A stretch of DNA of 64,000 bases from Sphagnum compactum (lineage: Eukaryota). Shown in pieces: positions 51,101-64,000 of the stretch (position 1 is its first letter; the number at the start of each line of letters is the position of its first letter). The position numbers and the translations under genes were made by a program. The stretch covers positions 1,488,001 to 1,552,000 of the forward strand of contig OZ234494.1 in the NCBI GenBank assembly GCA_965153455.1, read 5' to 3'. The notes under the pieces were generated by a model. The model ran no database searches, was not told the DNA's origin, and saw nothing but the letters and a program-made list of their open reading frames with translations.

Positions 51101-54100
51101 TTTGACAAAGGATTGTGGATTTCATTTTAGAATGAAATGGTCATGTAACATAGGAAGGGGTTCGGAATTATGAGGATTAATTTTTAATTATTCCTTTCTA
51201 GCACATAGGTAGACTATCAAACATATTTCAAAACAACACTTGCAATATTCATCATTCACATGATTTCCAACATGAAACTTTACACTCTTTTGGGATAGGA
51301 TCACCCACATGCCTAAAGTCAAATCTTTATGTGAGAACTACACCCCAAGGGAGTTCGTCACACACACCTAAAGATTTTTCTTCATGGGGATCACTCACCA
51401 AAGACTACAAAGTTTACACAATGGTATTCACAATAATCTCCAAATTTTATTTCTTACTAACTCAAAATAGTTACCTAAATTATTCGTAATCAACCTTTAT
51501 GCCTCTAGTCAAAAGATTCTTTTTGTAGGGCCCATGAGGTTCATTATTTTATTCCCTATTTTTATCCATATTGTTACCCCAACACTAATACTATTATTTG
51601 TAATTACTAATACTTATTTTGTTGTTATAGTCACCTAGGGCATGTATGCCTCTCACCAAGGTTATTGTCATAGATTTATGGAAATGAGTTCAAAAATGTA
51701 CCTCCATATCCCAACTGAGAAAGAAATGTTTTTTCTAATAATCTTACATCATCTACAAGGAAGGCAATTTCTCATGTCAATACATGTGTGAAAATGATAT
51801 GCCTCAATACACACAACCCTAAACACAAACCAACCACAAGGAATGCCATGCCAAAAGTCACCACAACATGACCTCCTACACTTGATAAAAACCCCAATGA
51901 ATTTTCTATCTCTTTTGGGAGCATGCAATTGCCTTAACACTTGAGGATTAAAACAAATGTATATTAGAAGAATGTACATTAGATAACTTTTCAATGGAAA
52001 AAAAAGTTGTTCACTTGGAAATTGAACACTTCCCTAATTCCTTCACATCATCAAGAAGTTGCCAATTGAAAATATTTGCTAAAACGAATGGCAACAAAAA
52101 GACAATGGAAGGAGCCACCAAAGCTTGTTGCAAAACAATGACAAAAAGACAAGAACAAAAAACACATACACCAAAATTCCCTAAACTAGAACCTTGTAGT
52201 CCACAATCAACCTTGCCAACAAAACAATGCTTCTCCATTTTTTCTCAAATGGCAAAACCATTGGTCTAGTCCAAAAGTAGTTTCTCATGAAACCTTGTTC
52301 CATTGGGCCAATTCTAACTTGGGAGAGAACTTCCGATCATCTTGTCCCAGTAATTGACCTATAACCAAAATTGGAACTGGCCCAAAAACTAGAACTGGCC
52401 AACACTAATGAACACCAAACACATGAATCCAGTAATTGGAAGCCAAGGTATTACATTAATGTTGAAAATAATGATAGGTGGGTGTAAAACATTTGAATTT
52501 ATTTTGTTATTGATACCTTTTGTGATGCAAAAGTTTAAAATGAAAAATAACTTGCCCAATTGATTATTAAAAAAAAAAAATTTGACCAACACGAGTACAA
52601 ACTAGTATTGGCCAATTTTTGGTTGGGTTTAGGTTCAAAGACAGGTTTAAGAATCGACTTGACATGGATCCACAACTAGCCAAAAATCGAACCCAATGGG
52701 TTTTTTTTTAAATTTATAAGTTCAACTCAAAAGGTTTAGTAAGGTTTAGGGCCTTAGGTTTGGATAAGATTTAGGTTTGCAGGTTCTAAAGTTCTATGTT
52801 CAAGTTCTAGGGTTCTAGGTCTAAGGGTTTTAAGTCTTAGCCTTAAGCTCTAATATATAAGAACATCTCTCATGGCAGCATTAAAATGATCTTTGCACAA
52901 ATATGTTATGATGTTCTATGTTGGATAGAAGCCCAAATAGGGCTTGGGTGGAGATCATTGTTGGTTATATGTTCCTTTTGTTGTTCCCTATCATTGTTCT
53001 TGGGAACATGTTAATGAACATTTTGAGAACTTTGAGAACTCATTGGAAAGTTAAAGGAACTTAGGGAAACTTTGGAAACCCATTGGGAAGTTAAGGAACA
53101 CTTTGGGAACACCAAAATTGCTTAGAAATCAACTTTGGAACCATCCTCAAGAATAAGCTGAAACCAACAAAACAACACTAACAATGCCAAAGTAACCTAT
53201 AATTTACAAAACCCTAAAATCTGTCATATTTTTTTTAACATAAAAAAAACTCTTCAAAAAAGCTGAGAATTTAGTAACAAGACATACAAGGATTATAAGG
53301 TGAAAGTTTAAGCGATATGGATTAATTTATGTGTGCATAGATGTAGTAAATTTTGACTTGGGCCATAATATTCAAAATTCATGTAATGTGAACTTTACAT
53401 TGAAATTACAGAAATTAGATCACTTAACTGAAAATTGTAAAATTAAATAATTACAAATTAATTGTGTAATTTCACATGTCTTTAACAGCCCACAAATCCA
53501 AAGCATTTTTGTGGTTCAAGATGCCTGAGATGCCCGGTGGCTGAAAATGCGGGCAGCCCAGGGAATCCAGTGCATGGTTCTGGTTTGGAGCTTTTCTCAT
53601 TTTCCAAGGCTCAACTTCAGCAAGAAAACAAGGTGGTTGGGTGGGAATGTTCTTGACTGATTTCAGCAGAAACCCATGGTGAAAATAGAGGTGAATTATT
53701 CATCAAAAATGCAAAAAATGCAACTACTTGAAAGCATTGCACGAAAATTGCCACCCTACTTTGCCATCTTTACACTAAACAACATCCCCCATCTCAACAA
53801 TTTAGCTGAATAAAGGTGACTCTCAGAGACCACTAACTCAATCAACAGGTTTCACAAAAACTAAAAAGAGATAACAAAAACTATTTACAAATAGCAATTC
53901 AACAGGAGATGAGATTCTGCTACAAAATCCCTGACAGCTGCTGGTGTTTATAGTGATTTACAAACTGAACAGATTTTTCACAATGTGTACATAACCCATA
54001 TGGGTTCAAAATTTTGGTTCCAAAAGTGAAGGTTCTAACAAAACCAACAAGCTGTCATGTGTTACATAGTTGTTACCTGAACCCCATATGAGAAAATGCC

Positions 54101-54242
54101 ATGGTCACAATGCCAATACTCTAGATCCCAATACCTAAAACTACCACATCAGTTTTTCTCTTTGCTTCTCTTCCAGCACCCGCATGTGTACAAGTGCCAT
54201 TGCTGTTGTCCTTTGAATGGCACATCCAGGAAAGATGATGAA

Positions 54243-54585
54243 GTCCTTGTTCAAATTTTGTGCAAGGAGAGGGATACGTATCCCACTCATTTTCTTCCAC
54301 TGGAGGTCATCCGAGGTTTACCTTTCACTTCTGAGTCCTGAAGAAAGACACATTTCCGAGATTTAGCTACTTCCTTACTGTTGCTAATGACCATCTTTAA
54401 CTTGTCACTACATAAGGAGTCCTTGTCCAAATTTTGTGCAAGGAGAGGGTACATATCCCCTCATTTTCTTCAACTGGAGGTCATCTGAGGTTTACCTTTC
54501 ACTTCTGAGTCCTGAAGAAAGACATATTTCCGAGATATAGCTACTCCCTTACTGTTCTAATGACCATCTTAATGTATCACTACAC
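54243..54585. repeat. 174-bp-period tandem duplication containing the RAE1 last acceptor, last exon and proximal 3' UTR
   Basis: GTCCTTGT.CAAATTTTGTGCAAGGAGAGGG..CTGAGTCCTGAAGAAAGACA..TCACTACA occurs twice; exon starts at 54511 and 54337. Confidence 0.92.
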
Positions 54586-57500
54586 AAGAAGTATTGCAAC
54601 CACATTTGCATTGAAACTCATTTCATGCAAAATAGAGCAGGTTCCAAACATAAATACATACCTGAGTAGGATGCAGGAAGATGTAGTTGCTTGATTGTGC
54701 TGGGTTATGATTCTCCGCACCCTTGCTCCAGTCATAGCTCACCTTTAGCATATCCAATCACCATAGCTCAGCTAACGTATTCTATGAACTGTGTTACTGT
54801 TAAGCCCTTCAGAGCTGGTTCTTGTGTAATGAGATTTGACCGTCATTTTAGCCCTTTGATTGTTTTGTCGCTCTTCCATGTAAACAAATATTAACAAATG
54901 AGAACCCTAATGCAGCATCATCCAGTAAGCAAATAGGGAGGCAGGCTTACTGCATATGCAAAGATTGAGCCATCATTGTTGAATGTACTGCATGGAATGG
55001 GCTGTGTACACCGCTGCATTGCCTATTTCACCCATTCCAATAACCAAAACACCATATGGAAGATACTTAGATAACACCCAATGGAAACTTTAAAAACGGT
55101 GGTCAAAATTTGTACATGTGATGATACTGTCCTTATGTGTTCAGTTATACGCACTGCTACTATCCATACCTTAAGTCTTTGCTTGCTATCCTTATCCCAA
55201 AAATGGTAAGCACCATCAGATCCTGATGTTGCAAAAGTTGCATGAACCTGACCAGAAGAAGCCCCATGAGAATCACCACATGCAAACAATACAAACCCAT
55301 CACCATCTTCTTTCACACAAAGACCAAGCTGTAAAAATCAATGATGTGTGAGCTGATCATAAATGCTCATTCCCCCAAAAAAGAGGTCAGGTTTGGCTTT
55401 GACAAGACGCACAGGATGGAAATTAATGGAGTTCACAGCATATACATCGTTGTTATCCCTGTGGCACTTGAAGGTAAAGTTCTTTGCCTGCTCCGCATCA
55501 TCAATGTGTTGCACTGCCACTCTACCTTCAATTGAGCCCACCTTCACACACATCACAACCATCAAACCTTCTGCTGCCCTTCACATTTTACCCATAACCC
55601 AAGACTTCTCAATTACCACAGCCCCTAATCTTCATTCCCTAGATGCCAGACAACTGACCAAAAATTTATGCAAAAGCGACATGAATTTCCCGAGTTGAAA
55701 AAAAGAAATACAGGAACAAAACATTTACTAGCAGACTGGACTCAGAGATTTACCAAGAAACCTTGCTTGTCAGGAAAGGTGGCAACACATCGTGTTTGGT
55801 ACTTCAGAGGTGACACAATTCTCTTAAACTCTGTCTGTATCATAGGATTTAAAGGGTTAGTGTTTGAATGTAGCACAACAAGTCAGTAAAACCCCTTCAC
55901 AAATCAATCATCTCTCCCTGCCTCACTCTCTCCTGTACACTCATGTTTATAGCAGGTAAAGAACACTTGCTTGAGAGCTACCCAGATTGTAGACAAGGAT
56001 GTTTCGATTCTCTTTTCCCTGCCTTGCTCTCTCCCATACACTCATGTTCGTAGCAGGTAAAGAACACTTGCTTGAGGGCTAGCCAAATTGTAGACAAGGA
56101 TGTTTCGGTCAGCTGTCCCAACTACCATGAGTGGATGCCGAACACTCATGGTGTAGCAGCGCTCTGGCAATGGCTGTGTGTGAGCTGGATTTTGCTGTCG
56201 TAGATCCCAGTACCTGCAGAGAATTTTTAAGTAAAAATTATGTGGCAAAAATCTTATGTGTGACATGCTATCATAAGATCAGTTATGCAAGACTAGTCCC
56301 AATCCATTTAGATGAGGGAAACTTTGATCCAATAACTACAAAGTTGGGTAGAAGAAGCCTTACTTGAGAGTCTTGTCCCAGCTCCCTGTAACCAAAAGGT
56401 TCATTTCCGAGATCCAAGAAATCTCTTTAATAGGTGCATCATGGATTCCAACAGTCACTGGCTGGCCACCGGATGAAAGGGGCCACATCTTGACTTGCTT
56501 GTCACATCCACCTGAAAACACTGTGCTTCCATCATCCTTCCACTCCGAGCATAGCACCTACACACCCATCAGACAGCTATCACAGAGTAGGTGAAGAGCT
56601 TTAAACTGCCCACTCCACAATGACAGAAGAGATCTTTTAAAAAAGAACTGCAATTAGTACAGAACTTACTGGCTGCTCGTGAGAAATAGCTGCCTTGGGC
56701 ACACTACTTCCATTTGACTGAATTTCCCAGCACCGCACCTGCAAAACTCAACACATTAAATTTCTGTCTGTCCACTGTAATCACACAGTTTTATGTTGCA
56801 ATTGTTTGTGGCACAGACATGCAACAAGTGGCATCCTCATACAGCAGCATAATGTAGCCTATTTAACCTATGTTTGACAGCCACCCACTCAGGATAGTTG
56901 CAACAGCAGACCAAGACATCTTCATCTACATTACAGCTGGCCCTCAAGCAAGCATCAGTTTCAATACAAACTTTGAAAAAGGAAGAATGGGTTTGCTAGG
57001 ATTTGACTGTAAACCCTAAACTCTATGACCCAAAATGACTCGAGAGAAAAACAATTAACGAATTGAGTATTATATCACAAGTCAGGTGCATATGATAGAG
57101 AAGTGAAAAGACCCACTCTGTAACAATTTTCAGCTTGAAAGAATGGGCAATGGAGTACCATATGATGACAAGGTATAGGATGTTGATACCAATAAACATA
57201 TTGATGGGAAGGTTAAAAACCTGATTGTCCCAGGAGCTGGCAACCAGATAGTTTGCCTTGCTGCTGAAACTCAAACTTGATATTCCATCACTAGGGGGTG
57301 ATACCACCTGATCAATGTTCAATTGGCCAATGCTCCAAATAAGAAAATCAGCTTAAACATTGGGCATCATGACTCCGAATTGAAGCCCCTGGTTGCAGAA
57401 ACTGAAGACTTGCTGAATTTTTGAGAAAGGACATGTTCTAGATTCCTACATCAATTGCCTGGCTTTTGAGAGGTGAACAACACCAACCATCTCACATTTC

Positions 57501-58051
57501 AAGCCAAAAAATGGTCCCTTGCTTCTTATACTTTTCTGGGTCTTTTCAGAAACTCTAAGAAAGAAAATCTCTTGAAGAGGACAAGCTTTACCCATCACTG
57601 TGCAAGCTATATGATAACAGCAGCCTAATTATTGTCATAAACTTTGACACCAGTGCATTCAAAATCCAAAACAGAACTTTCATGTGCAAAAAAGAGACAA
57701 GGACTACAAAAATGAAAAGAAGAAAGAACATGCTGAAATTGGTTTTCAAGATCTTGGAAGCCATTTCTTCAAGTCTCTCCAAAGCCTGGAGATTCTGAAA
57801 AAACCACTCTACAAACAAAAACCCTCAAAAAACTCTTAAGCAACAATCTACAAGGCAGAAACCCAAAACATGAACATGAACCAAATCTCACTCTCAGCTT
57901 CGAAAGAAGAAACACCCATCAACTGTATCACAAAATCTGCGAAGAAAACCAAAGGAAATCGACTGAAGCAAGCAAGTAAGTGGGTACCCACCTCGAAGGA
58001 CTTGTTAGGGTTGTGCTGCTGTGTAGCTGTGACGGACCCAAACGTCGCCAT
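54287..58051 (-). CDS. RAE1: RAE1 / Gle2 WD40 mRNA export factor (347 aa)
   Basis: Exons 57992-58051, 57221-57307, 56670-56738, 56364-56557, 56072-56213 (GC donor), 55754-55834, 55413-55541, 55170-55247, 54951-55022, 54662-54742, 54287-54337; 1044 nt in frame. Motifs: [97 protein letters not shown]. Confidence 0.95.
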
Positions 58052-58176
58052 GAGTTATCTCCTTCTCACTTGCAAGTGGGTGCAAGAGTCCCATGAGCAA
58101 GCAAGAGATTGAGAATCCTCAATTCCCCACTGCAATCGTGAAAGTGTTCCCGTTTGTCGGCAATGTTTGCCCCTAT

Positions 58177-58211
58177 CCTCTCCTCTCCTCTCCTCTCCTC
58201 TCCTCTCCTCT
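58177..58211. repeat. (CCTCT)7 microsatellite in the RAE1 5' region
   Basis: Direct reading, ~125 bp upstream of the RAE1 ATG. Confidence 0.85.
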
Positions 58212-58412
58212 TCATCCTTCAAAGCCTACAAACAAAACGCCACAAAAGTAGCGTTTTGTTTTCACAGACAAAACGCCCCACCAAATAAATGGCTATTAAA
58301 CCACAACCCTCTGAAATATTAAAAAAGCCTGTAGAAATTAGGTACTGAAAGTGCCCACTTTTTGTCTGTTTGACTACCTACTTGCATTATTGGGGATAAA
58401 GAAATTTCCTTT

Positions 58413-58414
<2 letters not shown>

Positions 58415-58443
<29 letters not shown>
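58415..58443. repeat. (AT)n microsatellite
   Basis: Direct reading. Confidence 0.9.
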
Positions 58444-59114
58444 CTTATCCTTTATATAAGCTCCACTTGGCCATGGTCAGGATTTTTTATTTTATTTTAT
58501 TTTATTTTTTCAATTTTGTGATTTAGCCAAAGTGGCGATCATCCATAAGATGATTTAGCCAGATTTGGCACAAAGAACACATGAAAGTTTTTTACAAATC
58601 TGGCATCCTTCTGTATTTTTGGCTACCTGCTGGAAGTTCGGATAGAATGTGGCAAATTCTTTTTTATTAGATTTTTTTTTTGAAATTTTAGTGACTAAAA
58701 AACTGGAAACAACACTACATTTTCACCACTTTGATTAATTTCACCAAATAGTAAAACTTTTGGGTGAAATTTTGCCCCCAAAAAACATCCATGGCCATGG
58801 TATGATGGTAGTAGCACGCATTATCACAAAACTTACAACATGGCAACAAAAACACATTAAAAACACATATTGTAATACCTTGGCAGATTCAACAAACAAA
58901 TGTCGAATGATTAATTTAATTTAAGTTTCCTGGTTCAATGCTTGTGTTTCTAATTTTGAAATTTTGAACTTAAAAAAATAAATTTATTTGTAAAGTACAA
59001 TTATTTCAAACAACTTAAATTGTTTCAGTGGTTAAAATGACCAAAGAACAAACTTTTAAACCTTCGACAACTTTTTTCAAAATTTTAATGGTTTAAAAAA
59101 TTAAAAATTTATAA

Positions 59115-59853
59115 TTGAGAAACTAGGTTATGTCCAATCGTGTATGTGGTATTTAAGCTAGTTTCTCAAAAAATTAAAGATTTATATATATAAAGCTGCC
59201 ATTGTATTACGATAATTTTACATAGTACATACATGCATAATTCAAAATATGTTTGTAACCAAAAAATGATATAGAAGCTCTTATCTATAGCTTAAAGTTT
59301 GAGCATCCTATGATCATCCATGAAAATGGATTTTTTATTCAAAGTGATGGGAAAAACCCTAAACCCTACTAGTATCCATTTAAGACATTGAAACCCAAGA
59401 AGGTTTTCGAGGTTTCCTTGAGTAAAAAACAAGCATGCAAAAGGTTTTAAGATTTTATCTCAGTTCTACCATGATCAGCAATTTGCAAGTAAAGGTTTAC
59501 ATCAAGGTTTTAATATTTAGATTTGATCGGGTCAAGTTCTTGATACCTAACCAAGAATTGCTAGTTTTAAACATTTGGATTTGGGTATTTGCGCAACACT
59601 AGTAAATATGAGTGTGGGTACTTAACCTTAGTTCACCAAAATCAATTTCATGCACATTGTGCAATGCTTTTTTTTTCCAATTTTGTAATGTAGCGGAAGT
59701 GACAATCATCCATCTGTAAGGCAATTAAAGCACATTCGGCTACCAAAAAAAAAATCAAAATTAAAAAAAATGATAATGTTAAAAACACCTAAAAGGATGG
59801 AAGATCTTTGAGAAACTAGGTTATGTCCAATCGTGTATGTGGTATTTAAGCTA
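59115..59853. repeat. Identical 46-bp direct repeat (59115-59160 and 59808-59853); first copy closed by a 12-bp inverted repeat
   Basis: TTGAGAAACTAGGTTATGTCCAATCGTGTATGTGGTATTTAAGCTA occurs twice; TTGAGAAACTAG...CTAGTTTCTCAA spans 59115-59169. Confidence 0.85.
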
Positions 59854-62800
59854 ATGTGAAGAATAAAAACTTGAGGACCTATACTTTTGCAAGAATGGCA
59901 CTTACAAAAAAATATATAGTCAACAATGTATTGCTTTGTTTTCCCCCAAGTGCATTTGTTTGTTAATTGTTATTCATGTTTGTAGACTTTTCCTTGTGTT
60001 GAGTCATTTACATTTGCTAATTTGTTTGTGAAAATGTTCATCAATTGTCCCACACGTCATAAGTGCACAATGAAATGCTCCCATTCAATAATCTTCATTT
60101 TTGCACATGCAATTTGTTTTCAAGATCTTTGTTCATATGTTGTGCTTGTTCATGTGTAATCCAAATTATTTCAATGAAAACTAATTATCTCTGAATTTTC
60201 CTTTCAAGATTTGTACCTCCATTTTTGTTGCTTCTTTCCCTTTCATTGATTTTTTTTGGGTTTCAAGTATTTTATTTATCTCTTGTTAAGTTGAAAAGTT
60301 TTATCATTCTTTCAATTTTTCTATGACCATGAAACTATCACATTTGCATTTCAATCATTTTTATTTGATTTTTCCTCTTTCATTCTTGTTGAAGACTCTT
60401 TTCATCAACTTTCAATTTCAAAACAATTTCATTTCCAACAATGTTGGCATTTTTAACTCAAGAATTCTATGCTTTAATTGAAATGTTTATAACAAGTTTG
60501 TTCCTAAAACATATGGAAGCCTAAACTTTCATACCACCTTCAACTAACATTTTATATGAAATTTAGCCTATGTTTGTATTTATACAAAATATTTAGTCCA
60601 CCAAACAATAGGTCCTATGCCAAGTATAAACTCAAATGGAAATGAATATGATCGTTCATCTAAAACATTGATAAAAAGTAATATTTTTTTCATGGTGAAA
60701 GCATGGTAAAATGGAAAAAAAAATTAAAAAATAGATGCCTTCACTTAAATCTTGTGTCATGCAAATAAATAGAAAGTAGTATCAAATTGGGTCAAAGGAT
60801 GTGTCAAATACCATTGATGTTGTATAGATTAAGTTTTATAAATTGTAGTTCCCAAAAAAAAAAAAGTAAAATGAGATTTAAAATCAAATTGAAAAATTAT
60901 TTTGGAACAAATTAATTAATTTATGTTTTCAAATGTACATTTATTCTAAAAAAGTTGATGAAATAAACATGTACTAAATTAGGATATGAACATTATCATA
61001 TATCCGAAACAATGATTTTCTTTTTGTTGGAACCTACTTGACACTTACTTGAAAAAGAAGTCTAAATTGAAAGCCTTGAAAAGCTACTTTTAAAACTTGT
61101 TTGAAACTTACTTTTACAATGTGAAATTTGAAAATTAATGCACATTAATGATAAAGTATCTTCTCGTGGATAATTTACACTAAAAACACTAAATGTTTCA
61201 CAATTTTATGACAAGTTTTGTTGTTACTTTACATCTACTTGCATGTACTGTTGACAAAGTTCATTTTATTTTACTTACACCTCTCATAAACAAAAATGGG
61301 ACCTTATATTTTATCTCACTTCATTTTTTAATACACCCTTTGTGCCACCCTTACGGTGGGTACTACCCAATGGATTATGTCCACAAACCCAAAGTCCACA
61401 AATGACTTAACAATATTATAAACAAGACAATAGAAATAGGAGTTCAATGCAAAGAATTTGGAAAGGTTCAATTATAGGGATGGAGTTTTGGTTACAAGTG
61501 TGTTCTTGTTGTGATCATTCTCATGATCTATTGTTGACGTTCAATGAAGTTTTTAAATTAAAATATAGTGTATTTTATGATTCAAAGTTTATGGTCTTTT
61601 AGTCTAAGGTTATTGGTGAATGTGTAACTTGTATGATATCACAACAACCTTGTGAATGCTAATTGGTTCATGCTACTATTCCCTGCTTGTATGGTTGCAT
61701 ATTTTTGGTGCTTTGGGATATGTATCATTTATAAACCATGAATTTCAAATTTGATGAACCTTTGTAACATATTTTTTCCAACATGCTAATGCCCAATATT
61801 GAACAATGTGGATTTATTAAAAGCATGTTTTGCCCTACATCATTTGTTACACAACTAAAGGGACACGCATTTCTAGTATTAAACATCATAAAATCATTTT
61901 TATATATGAAGCACAATGGTTAATAGGATTGTGTAGTATTGCATTCATTAGTGAGTGGCTAATCTTGATTTAATTGCAAAGGAGGTGATTGGACATATGG
62001 TTTCCATTGGTATTAGAATGAGATTCTTAAAGCTTGGCTAGTAGCCTACACAAGTCATTTTGATGCTTCTAGTTAGTATGTCTTAGGAATTTTAAAGTTT
62101 CTTCATTGATATTTCTCTAAAGTTTTAATTTTTTTAAAGGTATTTTCCTCTCATTTTTATTGTTCTATATATACAAGTGGATCCACTTATGTTCTATGTC
62201 CACTCAATGGATCTTTAAATGATTAATTTGATAAATCATTTAGAATTTCAACCTAGTCTAAAGACTATAAACCCTCTTAATATGAGATATAATAACATTC
62301 ATTTACACAAATTTTTAACATTATTATTATTTGTAAGGGTTGAGGTCCCAACATGAAAACACATTACATGTATTCTAGGTGAAAGGATGTAACTCCACAT
62401 CTTCCAAGTGCTAGGCTTCAATTTTCCCTATTGCATTTGCCTTTTGGACCACATTTATTTAGATGTCCATTATTTACAATGATGCCCCATGGGTGAAAAC
62501 ATGGTAAAGTGTACACAAAAAATAGTGTAAGCAACAAAATATTGGGGTCTCTAAATAAAAAGACTAACAAGTAAATGATTTTATGGGGATAAAAATATTA
62601 TTTTTGGGTACATTCTTTTTTAACTATTGTTTGCATGGACTTCAAAAGTTAAATTGTTATAATCATGTTTTTTAAAACTATTTGCAAATAGTTGAATTGG
62701 ACCTAAAATTTGTGATAGTTTGAAAAATAAAGTTCAAATACTTGAAAGTAAGTGAAATGTTTTTGCAAGTATTTGGTTTTTTTTTTCAAACACCTCAATA

Positions 62801-64000
62801 TTGATGTGGTGAACATTTGAATATTATTTTTTTGGTTAATGAAATTTGTTTTCATAACTAAAATAATCCCCAACCCCTAAAAATGATGTAATTGTTGGGC
62901 ATATTTTCGGGGTATTTTTTCAAATCCAAATGGTATGACACAAATTGCTTTGAAAAACTAAAAAAATGCTAAAGATGCCCATGAAAAAAACTAAAAGTTT
63001 CATTTGTTTTGAAGTGTTAAAGGAAGGTTAGAAATGTATGTGATGACAAAATGTATATTTTTTTATTAGGAAAAAAATTAGATCTCGATTCATCATGTTC
63101 ATTCATTGATGGTAAGAACAAAATTACGTCTAACTTGCAACAATTATGTACTTAATGCCTACTCACTACTCACATTTGCAACATTTTATTTCCTCATAAT
63201 TGGGCTCAAATGGGCATTTGACATTGGATAAACCATCAAACATAACTTCAATCTAGCTAAATATTACAAATGACAGAAGTCCAAGACTTTAAAATCCAGG
63301 GGCAAATCCAACCACAAGTGAACACAATCAATTGAACTTAAAATCCAGGGACAAATCCAACCACAAATGAAAACATGACTTGAAGAATAAAACAAAATTG
63401 ACTTCCTAAAACAATGCACATGCCCAAAAACATTTGTAGAAGGACAACAAATGTAGCATATGAATGACATAATTCACAAAAGGTTTCAAGTTTCATCTAA
63501 ACACATATGACTCCAAAACAAAATTAATATAAAAGACCATGCAACTTCCATCCCTAATTAATGAACCCACATTGAAGACCATTAGGCCATTCCTGGGTTC
63601 ACCCCATTTCATCACAAGAAATTAAGTAGCAAATGTGAACTAGGGAATACCTATGCTACAACATAAAGTGAGTCTTCAATCTTGATTACTTCCAATGCTG
63701 CAAATGCACCAAGAAACAAACACAATTATTTTTTTTCTTCAACAAGAAAAATGTTAACAAAATAAACACAAATTGAGGATGAGAAAAAAACCTGAATTTG
63801 AAATCAAAAGAAATCAAAGTTTGAATCTTCTTCTAAGAAGTTTTGTTCTTCAATCAATTCGTTGTGCTCTTCAATCATAGCATAATCATTTTCCAAAACT
63901 TAAACCATGGTTTTAAGCTTCAAAGGTTCATCACACTTAACACGAGTGTCATTAGGCCAATTCTTGATGATGAAAATGAATCGATTTGAATCTCAATGCC

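Noticed and set aside
50500-52330. Decayed coding-like TE sequence (similar stretches at 60000-64000 and 2400-3120)
   Set aside because: Probably old transposon debris, but no motif could be read confidently enough to classify it.

Overview
Eukaryotic, AT-rich land-plant genomic DNA, most likely a moss such as Sphagnum (inferred from intron style and repeat landscape). I reconstructed four intact protein-coding genes exon by exon. (1) 3655-8773 (+) encodes a ~585-600 aa protein with a transit-peptide-like N-terminus, one membrane anchor, an AsmA/Chorein-N-like start and a C-terminus resembling AsmA-like proteins of Chlamydiae/PVC bacteria. It is the best candidate for an undescribed system here: a compact plastid-envelope bridge-like lipid-transfer protein distinct from TIC236. 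(2) A two-exon GT34 xyloglucan xylosyltransferase (XXT-like), 31952-33740 (+). (3) Mitochondrial ATP10, 38700-39560 (-), intronless in its conserved part, with its stop codon inside a perfect splice donor and two tandem-duplicated candidate last exons downstream. (4) RAE1, 54287-58051 (-), 11 exons, with a GC-AG intron, a duplicated last exon and an antisense copy of exon 5 in intron 2. Intergenic DNA holds a decayed, intron-containing Sola2-type transposase interrupted by a MITE with a 4-bp TSD, a second inverted copy of that MITE, two CACTA termini, an L1-type RT fragment, a ~780-bp foldback element with older relatives, a possible spliced non-coding transcript and many short tandem duplications. 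Family assignments come from motif recognition only; no searches were run.
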